From contig OX597819.1 in the NCBI GenBank assembly GCA_951406725.2, positions 52,576,001 to 52,640,000 on the forward strand: 64,000 bases of DNA, written 5' to 3'. The DNA comes from Octopus vulgaris (lineage: Eukaryota). Below, piece by piece: positions 54,278 through 64,000 of the stretch; within the stretch, counting starts at the first letter, position 1, and each line of letters begins with the position of its first letter. The notes under the pieces were generated by a model. That model worked only from the letters and a program-made list of their open reading frames with translations. It did not search any database and was not told the origin of the DNA. The translations under genes and the position numbers were made by a program.

Positions 54278-54558
54278 AAAGTGAAACTCGGCAGAATTTG
54301 AACTTAGAACATAATGGCAGACAAAATACCTATTTCTTTACTACCCACAAGGGACTAAACACAGAAAGGACAAACAAGGACAAACAAACAGATCAAGTCG
54401 ATTATATTGACCCCAGTGCATAACTGGTACTTATTTAATCGACCCTGAAAGGATGAAAGGCAAAGTCGACCTCGGCAGAATTTGAACTCAGAATGTAGCA
54501 GCAGATGAAATACCGCTAAGCATTTCGCCTGGCGTGCTAATGTTTCTGCCAGCTCGCC
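54278..54558 (-). mobile_element. SINE family B full copy (54329-54558) running directly into a partial internal copy (54278-54328)
   Basis: Matches 11121-11353. The tail abuts GTATTTTGTCTGCCATTATGTTCTAAGTTCAAATTCTGCCGAG on the minus strand. Confidence 0.85.
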
Positions 54559-56221
54559 TACCAATACCCTTCTTGTCAATCCTCACTTGCTGCCAAGCAA
54601 AGTAACATTTCTCTATGGCCACGAATATTTGCATAGCTGATTTGAAACAAGCAACACTGCTTGTATGATGGTGGTGTTTGAGTACAACTGCTGTGCAATG
54701 ACAAGACAAATATATGTACACACACGTACACACATACACAGGGCTTGTTTCAGTTTTCATCAACCAAATCCAATCACAAGGTTTTGGTCAACCTGAGTCA
54801 ATTATTAAAGAAAAAAAAACTTGCTTAAAGTGCCACACAGTGGGACTGAACCTGAAATCACATGGCTGGGAAACAAACTACTTACCCACACAGCAATGAC
54901 TGTACTTGCTGAATTAGGAAATGTGGGAGGATAATTAGCATCAGAAACATTTGTCTTGGGGGAGGGAGAGAAAGAGAGAGAGAGAGACAGGATAGCCATG
55001 GTTGGAATGCCTTTGATCATAGGTCTATTCCAATCTGGAGCTGCTACAACAACAACAACACACACACACACAAACATACCTTACACATGTTTCAAAGTTG
55101 ATGAAACCAGATAATGCCGCCAAGTGAAACAGTTGGAAAGTTCCAAAGATTTATTCTGGAGATCATTTAGTTGAATGGATGAATGGACAGATGAGTGCGT
55201 AAATAGTCACAGCTAACTAACGGAAACCGCTGGAGTGTAAAATGAGAGGGGTAGGTACTCACTGCATACTTGGAATGGGGAAATGTGTGTGTGTGTGTGT
55301 GTGTGTGTGTTTGTGTGAAAGTAAATTGTGCCGTGATCAAGGGCAACATGTAATTAATGTATGTGGGCAAGGTTTCAATACAAACAGACATCAACTCTTC
55401 CAGTTTGTAATTAGCTGCATGAGAAATTGCCACAGAAGTAAGTAGCGAAGGTGTAGGAACAGATAGGGGTGGGTGGAGAGAGAGAGAGAGAGAGTGAAGG
55501 AAAGAAGTGATGTTAGAAAGTAGGAGTGAATGAAATGATAGAAGTGAGTGAGTGACTGAGTGAGTGAGTGTTATCTTCAAAAGGTATATTAGCTGTTCAG
55601 TCAGTCAATAAATAACTAATCACAAAGTAACTTCATCAAATTCAATACACACACACACACACACACACGCATAAATATAAATAAACAAATAAAGTAAGTA
55701 TTCAAAATCAGGAAACAACAACAGTAAACAAACAATTACCACCACCACCACCACCACAACAACAACAACAACAGCAACAGCAACTAGAAATTATAGCATG
55801 TCTGTAGTGGAAGTTATCAGAAATGGAAAGTCTGGGAGATTAAAAAGAAAGACAAGGAAATTCAGAGGAAAATGAAGGTTCTTAGAGTTGATAGCATGGA
55901 TTGTGCAATGAAGAAATGAATGGTATAAAAGATAAATGACTGTAAAGGAAAAAAAGGAGGGGGGTGTCTTGCTAAGGGGAGGGTCATGAGAGTGGGAGTC
56001 ATGGGAGAAGCAGAGGGTGATAAATATTAGAAAGTAAAAAAAAAAATTTTAAAAAACAATTGGAATAGGCCCGCATGTGTGTGTGTGTGTGTGTGTGTGT
56101 CTGTAGACGTGTGATTGTGTAAGCAAGAAAGAGTCTGGATGTTAAAAATCCCTTCCAGTGTCATGACAGGGGTCACAATAATAGGTGGGAAAAATAAAGG
56201 AGATATTTAATCTAAGAAGTG

Positions 56222-56255
<34 letters not shown>

Positions 56256-56517
56256 TGTACACACAAACACACATACATACATGTACACACACACACACAC
56301 ACACATGCGCAAGCACAAGAAAAGATGGATTAGACATAAGATATGCGGGAGAAAAGCTAATAATCTCATCCATAAGAAAGAAATCACAAAAACAAATGTG
56401 TGTGTGTATACATATATGTATACGTGTATGTGTGTATATATATATACACACACATATACACATATTCACACAAATATACACATCATATATATATATACAC
56501 ATATATATATATATATA

Positions 56518-56557
<40 letters not shown>

Positions 56558-58070
56558 CCACACATATCTATACTATATATACATATATACATATATATGT
56601 ATACACACATATACATATGTATCTATCTATATGTGTGTGTGTTTAGCAAACATATATGTGTATGTGATAGAAACAAGAGTGAATAATAAACATAGTATAT
56701 ATAAAAAGCAAGTATATCAGTGAATGTCTATAAATGTGTGTGTGTGTGTGTTTGTGTACTTGGGTTGTGTGTGCATGTACATGTAGACTGAAGATTTTGA
56801 ATAAGATAGCAGCAGGTCACAGCAGTAACTGGTCCATGATGTAGCATCAAATATGGCAAAAAGAGAAGTACAGAGAGATAGAGATAGATACAGACAGAGA
56901 GACACGGACTCCTTCCTTAGAATCTTTCATCATGTGTGTGTATGTGTATCACATGGATGAATGTGTGTGTGTGTGTGTTAGAAAGAGAGAGAGACAGAGA
57001 CAGAAAGAGAGTTTTACATTGTCACTCAGTCTCTCTCTCTCTCCAATAATAACTATGAAGATTTCTTAGCCAAGTCTATAAGGTCTTGGATATTTTTTGC
57101 AGTGCAGTGAAAAGAGGTGATGCAGGTGGAATATCAGTGGATTTGTTTTTAGGTCTAGTAGTCATGATGGTGGTGGTAGTTAGTAGTTGTAAGGTGGTGG
57201 TGGTGGTGGTGGGGTTTAGTAGTTTAGTAGTAACAGTAGTAGTAGTAGTAGTAGTAGCAGCAGATATCTTCTGAAGAAGGCATAAGGATAATAATGATGG
57301 TTTCAAATTTTGGGATAGGACCAGCAGTTTGAGGGGAGGGGGAAGCCAAGTACATCGCCCCCAGTACTTCACTGGTACTTATTTCATCGAAACCCCACCC
57401 ACCCAAAAAAAGGATGAAAAACAAAGTTGATTTAAATTGAATGGCAGATGGACAAATAGGCAGACGGATGGTCAAATGGATAGAGTGACCAACAGGCATA
57501 TGGTCAGAGAGAGAGAGAGTTGGTTTGATGAATAGTTAGACAAACAGACAGCCAGTTTGATGGACAGACAGATAGACAGATGGCCAGAATGACTGACAGA
57601 TGAACAGACAAGTGGTTCGATGGACAGACTGTCAGACAGGTATAGAAGAGGTCAGATGGTGAGACAAATAGACAGATAGGGTATCAGATGTACTGACAAC
57701 CAGACAGGTAGATAACCTGAGGAACTGACAGACAGTTGGATAATCGGTCAGATACATGAGGACCAATGGTAAGACTGGTACATTCACTACAGAATAAACT
57801 TTGCTTGTTGTGACTATCTAGACCCAGACCAATCCCAATCAAACAGATGACCTATCCAGCAAATACATTCCAGCCATGACTATTCCATTCTCTTTGTCTG
57901 GAATCTATTTATCTTATGTTCAAACCAAGCCAGATCCAGCCTCTCACACCTATCCTACAATGTCAATCTAAAAATATACAATCACATCATTGAAATCTCA
58001 AAGCTATGAGGAAATGCAATGATTAATTAAAAGCAGTGTGATTAAATAAGCATCACATTTCATAAAGTAA

Positions 58071-59793
58071 TCATCATCATCACCATCATTTACTGCCAGT
58101 TATCCATACTGGCATGAGTTGGACAGTTTGACCAAGGCTGGCAAGCTGGAAGGCTGCACCAGACTCCAGTCTGATTTGGCATGGTTTCTACAGTTGGATG
58201 TCCTTCCTAACACCAACCACTCCAAGAGTGTAATGGGTGCTTTTATATGCCACCAGCATGGGTGCCATTTGTGTGACACCAGTATCTGCCATGACTGATT
58301 TTGCTCAGCTTGATGTGTCTTCTTCTCAAGCACAACATAATGCCAAAGGTCTTGGTCATTGCCTCCATGAGGCCAAACACTCGAGCCAAAGGTCCTGGTC
58401 ATTGCCTCCATGAGACCCAACACTCAAAAGGAGCTCATCCACTTTGCCTTCATGAAGCCCAACACTCAAAATGTACTTCAAAGGTCCCAGTCATTGCCTC
58501 CATGAGGTCTATATCTGCCATGGCTGCAATTTTGCTCAGCTTGAAGGGTCTTCGTCTGAAGCATGACATAATGTCATTGCCTCTGAGAGGCCCAACACTC
58601 AAAAGGAGCTCAGCCACTTTGCTTCCATGAGGCCTAATACTTAAAAGGTGATTCAACGGTCTTGGTCATTGCCTCAGTGAGGCCCAACGCTCGAAAGGTG
58701 CTTTTTATGTGCCACCAGCACAGGTGCTAGTTACACAACACCAGCATCAACCATGACTGTGATTTCACTCGGCTTGACAGGTCTTCTCAAGCACAGCATA
58801 TCACCAAAGGTCTCGGTCACTAAACATTACCTCTGTGAGGCCCTTCACCACCTCGTCCCATATCTTCCTGGGTCTACCTCTACCACAGATTCCCTTCACA
58901 GAGATCGCATTTCTTTACACAGCTATCCTCATTCATACGCATCACATGATCATACCAGAGCAGTCGTCTCTCTTACACACCACAGCTGATGCCCCTTATA
59001 CCTCATTGAACATGCACACTGACACTGCACATCCAGCGAAGCAGACTGGCTTCATTTCTTTCAAGCCTATGCATGTCCTCAGCTGTCACAGCCCATGTTT
59101 CACTGCCATGTAGCACACAAACATCATACAATCTGCCTTTCATTCTGTGAAAGAGAGAGGCCCTTTGTTGCCTGCAGTGGTATGAACTCTCTAAACTTTG
59201 CCCAGCCTAATCTTATTCGCACAGCTACACTCTCAGAGCATCCACCTCCACTACTAACTAGGCCACCAAGATAATGGAAGCTATCTATTACCTCTAGCTT
59301 ACCCAGCTGGCAGTTGATGGAGTCTATTTTCTGTACATTTCCAGGGTTTAATGTACCTGTGCATTTTCCACATACAAAAGCTACTTTTCCTGTTAAGTTT
59401 CCTCTGATATTACTGCACTTTTTATATGTCCAAAGCTTACACTGGGTGCATCTTATGGAGTTTCTACTTATGCCTTTTCTATAGATTGAGCAGGGCCATC
59501 TACCTGAAGAGATTTGCGATTTGTCTGCCTTCCTACTTACTATGACTTTGGTTTTTGCAAGGTTAACTCTAAGGCCCTTCAATCCTAGACCCTGCTTCCA
59601 TACCTGGAACTTTTCTAGTTTTGGTAGTGATTCAGCTATAAGAGGAAGGTCATCAGCAAAGAGGAGCTCCCAGGAGCAGCCTGTCTTAAATTCTTGTTAT
59701 TGCCAGGAGGACTATGATGAACACGTGGGGGTTGAGGACTGATCCTTGGTGAACCCCTACTTGTACCATGAATTCTGTGCTGTACTCATTCCC
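58071..59793 (-). mobile_element. 5'-truncated RTE-type non-LTR retrotransposon
   Basis: Minus strand shows RT motifs GVHQGSVL(N)P, LLFADD, GLRVNLAKTK and FHYLG; C-terminal LHGSETW, LLRWMC and GRGRPRKIW; repetitive 3' UTR; (GAT)n tail at about 58071-58090. Confidence 0.9.
58770..59793 (-). pseudogene. Reverse transcriptase ORF, C-terminal half, frameshifted, with PHD-like insert at 59361-59492
   Basis: Includes track ORF 59124..59582. FADD at 59649-59660 and GVHQG at 59743-59757. Confidence 0.88.
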
Positions 59794-60764
59794 TTACTTG
59801 GGTCCATGAATAAATTTTGCTTCTATATGTATTAATTGCAAGAAACAGCAACTTCTTTAACATTTTACATGTTTAACATTCTTTAACATTTTACACTGAA
59901 ACATATTCTCTTAGAGAGTGCAATTGCAAATCCCACACAAGTGAACATGTGTAAAACAATACAAGAGTTTTGAAAGACATATATATATCTACAAAGCTAG
60001 TTTTTAAATATCAAGTGGCTCCAGTGGCAGGGGTGGGTTTCCACCAGATTTGAATAGTAATCAAAAGAGTCCATAGATGAAAAATAGCTGAGACCCACCA
60101 TTGTAGAAGGTCTTTGTGGTAGCAGGATACAGAAACAGTAGGGGTGAACCACAGTAGAGTCTCTGAGGAAAACAGAGACAAAAACCCCTCCCACTGACAT
60201 CTCCATGATGCTGGACTTGACTATACCAACAACAATAATGGTAATTTCTTCCCATGAAGCACACTAGAAGGAGAGGAATACAGTCTGGTGGGAAACAACT
60301 GCAACATAAGACTGCTATCTACTTTGTTTTATGTTCTATTACTTTAATGCTTCACCTGCTAACAATAATGGGTTTAGCAAATGCCGTTAACCAATGAGCC
60401 AAGAAGGGTAGGTACAGGTTGAGCAGTCACTAGACCCGCTAGAAACAGCAGCCAAATCTCCCTCAAATCATACTTTATTCAAAACAAAGCAAAGAAAAAA
60501 AATGAAAGGATGCACTCACTGGTTTTGGATAAGGTATTAATCTGGGATACATTAATTTTAAGACAATTTTGTTTTTAAATGAAAAAAAGAAATATATATA
60601 TATATAAAAGACAAGATTGCCATCCCTGGAACATGCTTGATTGTAGTGTTTGATCAGGAGGTGAGTTGGAGGCAGACAATGAAGTAGATAGTAGCAACAA
60701 TTAATGTTAACATTATCTCAAAGCAAGACATGTAGGAAATTAGTGTGTGTGTATGTGTGTAGAC

Positions 60765-60900
60765 ATAGGTGTGGCTGTGTGATTAAGAAGCTTGCTTCCT
60801 AAATGCATGGTCTCAGGTTCAGTCTCCTCAGGCGAGTGTCTACTATGACTGCAGGTTGACCCATATCATGTGAGTGAATCTGATAGGCAGAAACAGTGTG
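60765..60900 (+). mobile_element. SINE family A head, degenerate
   Basis: AGGTGTGGCTGTGTGATTAAGAAGCTTGCTTCC...CAGGTTCAGTC. Confidence 0.7.
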
Positions 60901-60967
60901 TCTGAGTGAGTGTGTGTATGCATGCATATGTGTGCGTGTGTGTACTTGTGATGATTTGTGAATAAGT

Positions 60968-61240
60968 TCATGGCTCAGTGGTTAGAGCACCAGGCTCGCA
61001 ATAATGAGGTAGGGAGTTCGATTCCCAGACTGGGCTGTGTGTCGTGTTCTTGAGCAAGACACTTTGTTTCACATTGCTCCAGTTCACTCAGATGTAGAAA
61101 TGAGTTGTGATGTCACTGATGCCAAGCTGTATCAGCTTTTGCCTTTCCCTAGGATAATATCGACGGCATGAAGAGAGAAGGTTGGTATACATGGGTGACT
61201 GTTGGTCTTCCATAAACAACATTGCCCAGACTTGTGCCTC
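60968..61240 (+). mobile_element. SINE family C (tRNA-derived)
   Basis: A-box TGGCTCAGTGG, B-box GAGTTCGATTCC and GTGTTCTTGAGCAAGACACTTT core; homologous to 25849-26176. Confidence 0.85.
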
Positions 61241-62475
61241 ATTCATAGTCTTTACACTATTGCTGTCATACAGATGGTGCTGTTCATTTCGGTCTTTTAT
61301 GGGGGAAGTATTATTATTACCTTATTTGGGAACTGGCACAGGTTGGTGGCAAAAAAAATCTTCCACAAGAATTTCCATCTAACCCATGTAAGCATGGAAA
61401 AGTAAATGTTGAATGATAACAATGATTATATTGCAAAATGCTGTGAGACCTATCAAAATCCAATCCATAACCAGATGCCATAGTGAAATGGACCCTAAGA
61501 TGATGATGATGCTGCCACTGATGAGGAAGATGTGAGTGAGATGATGATGATGATGATGTCTCATCCCTGGCCTATGCTTCACTCAAGAAGTAAGGTGACC
61601 ACAAAGGTAAGGTATGAATTTAAATGGCCATTTTTCTGCCCCAGTTACATTTGCCATCATTAAAATAGAGAAGTGAAAAATAAATGTTCCAGGGAAAAAG
61701 GATTTAGGTAAAGGAAGTGGGAAGAGAGAGGAAATTCAACAATTTTTGTTGGTAAAAAAGTGCACATGTGAGAGTATTTTGTAATGCAACCCTCTCCCTC
61801 CTTTTCACATGCTCAGTTCAACCCTCCAAGGCTGAAGCAGGGGGAAAAGAACCCCATTAGAAGTACTGAAGTTGGTGATATAATTAAGTGAAAATGATGG
61901 TATCCTTGCATGGACACAGTTCACTGACTGGAACGAGTGAAAGAAATAACAGGAATTGAGAGAGATTGAGAGTGATATACAAGAAGGAGAGGCTAAGAGA
62001 GAAAAGGGGCGACAGAAAGATGGGGAGAGAGATATACAAAGAGAAGAGGGTGGGAACAGAGAGAGAGATGATAAGGAGAAAGCAAATAGATAAAGAAATG
62101 GACAATTATAACAACATTATTGCCCACCACCACTAACCCACTAAATCTGAATTACATGGCCCCAGAAAATGATGAGAGATACAGCGACAAGGAAGATATA
62201 TATATATGTGTGTGTGTATATATATATGTGTGTGTGTGTGTATATATGTGTGTGTGTGTATATATATATATGTGTGTGTGTGTGTATACATGTGTGAGTG
62301 TGTATAAAACGTGTGAGTGTGTATAAAACATGTGTGTGTGTGTATATATATATGTGTGTGTGTGTGACGTATGTATGTGTATGTGCGTATGTGTATATAT
62401 GAGACGGTTCGGAAAAAAAGGGTTCTTATTCAATTTATGAAAAATAAGTGTGTGTGTGTGAAAATTAACTATATA

Positions 62476-62507
<32 letters not shown>

Positions 62508-62938
62508 CAGGTGGATTTTGTTCGCCCACCCACCGCCTCCACCACCCCACCCCATTTCTTGCAAAACGGAAAATAGATTTCGGATTTGTTAGGTGACACC
62601 CAACCCACCACCCGTGCATATATACACCCCACCACCCACCCACACCTGTTTGTTTTTGTTGCTTATATATTATATCCAAGTGTGTACGTGCATTTTTTTA
62701 ATACATACATACATACTATATATATATACATATATATACTACACAAGCATTATATACACACATATATATATAATGTATATATATATATTATATACAATGA
62801 TAATAATAACACTAATAATACTAATAATAAAGATGAAAAAAATAATTTATATTTCTCCAACTCCCCACTCCCACTTCTAAATTACTTTTATTTATTCCAT
62901 TTCCAAGAAAGAAAAAGAAAAAGCAAACAAACTAAATA

Positions 62939-62986
<48 letters not shown>

Positions 62987-63278
62987 GAAAAGATGTGTGA
63001 GACAAGCAATTTAGCAGTTAGGTTTGCCAAGCATTAAGTTTTGTGGTCGGTTGATTGGTGTAATGTATGGTGTGTGTGTGTGAGTGAGTGTGTGTGTGTG
63101 GTGAGGGTGTAATATTTGTGAGTGTATATGTTGATCGTGTGTGCGTGTGGTGAGAGGGTGGAGTGTTTGTGTGTACTGGTGTCTTTTACATGTGTGATGT
63201 GTGTGTGTATGATGGTGATGCTTTTAAGGTGCAATGTTTGTATATGTTGCACATAATGTGTGTGAATAAATGAATGAT

Positions 63279-63336
<58 letters not shown>

Positions 63337-64000
63337 TAATTGGACAGTGAAAGAGAGAAAGTGGGGAGAGTGGATGAAGAGTGAGGGGTAATAGAGAAAC
63401 ATATCAGGCCGGTTTCCAAATTCATTTCCTTCACCACCACCACCAGCCACTTCAGCTCTCTTCTTCCCTCCCCCACCTCCTCTACTTCTACAGTCCACTC
63501 CTCATCTCTCACCACCACCACCACCATCAAAGTCATCATCATCATCATCAACAACACCACCACCACCACCAATCCAGCACCACCTAAACAGTAGCAACCA
63601 GACTATACCACCTCCCGTCCGCTCCCCCGCATCACACAACATCCTCCATACGATTGAGTAAGAGAGACCCTTCAAAGCCCTTAAACCACCACCACCACCA
63701 CCACCCCTGCCGCCACTACTGCTCAAATTCTAGCCGATTTCCCCTCTCCCACCGCGCGCGCGCGCACACACACACACTCCCTCACTGCCTCATCTCTTAT
63801 ACACCCTATACTTTTAAAATAAACCTGTCACCCAACCACTATCTATCTATCTTCCTCTCCACACTATTTTCCTCTATATATCCATCCACGACACTCCACC
63901 ATCACCGCCACTATCATATACAACAAATAGTAACCACTACAATAACTATCGCTGCTTCACCACACAACCACCACCAACACCGCTGCTATCAGTCACAACA

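Noticed and set aside
58300-58700. Regularly spaced 30-bp repeats that look CRISPR-like
   Set aside because: Units are degenerate, lack unique constant-length spacers and derive from the LINE ORF end. The context is eukaryotic with no cas genes.
60968-61045. tRNA-like sequence with good A and B boxes
   Set aside because: No acceptor stem or full cloverleaf; it continues into the SINE body, so it is a SINE head.

Overview
AT-rich eukaryotic non-coding DNA, dense in microsatellites and SINEs. The SINE families and repeat composition point to an octopus (coleoid cephalopod) genome; this is inferred from recognition, not from a search. No host protein-coding exon can be called with confidence, and nearly all ORFs in the track are translated microsatellites. 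The window holds about 20 copies or fragments of a tRNA-derived CORE-like SINE, two or three further SINE families (one in head-to-tail arrays), several TTAA-flanked MITEs, a mariner-type MITE and a 1.1 kb tandem duplication. Three items stand out. (1) A minimal type I hammerhead ribozyme lies at the centre of a 126-bp-arm inverted repeat (Penelope-like, 5211-5478), and two more hammerhead-like relics occur elsewhere. (2) A full-length but decayed Tc1/mariner transposon has DD36E catalytic spacing (50372-51640). (3) A 5'-truncated RTE-type LINE carries a PHD-like zinc finger inside its reverse transcriptase (58071-59793). Pervasive CpG decay suggests the region lies in a methylated gene body, possibly an intron of a large minus-strand gene. 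Coordinates of degenerate repeats are approximate.
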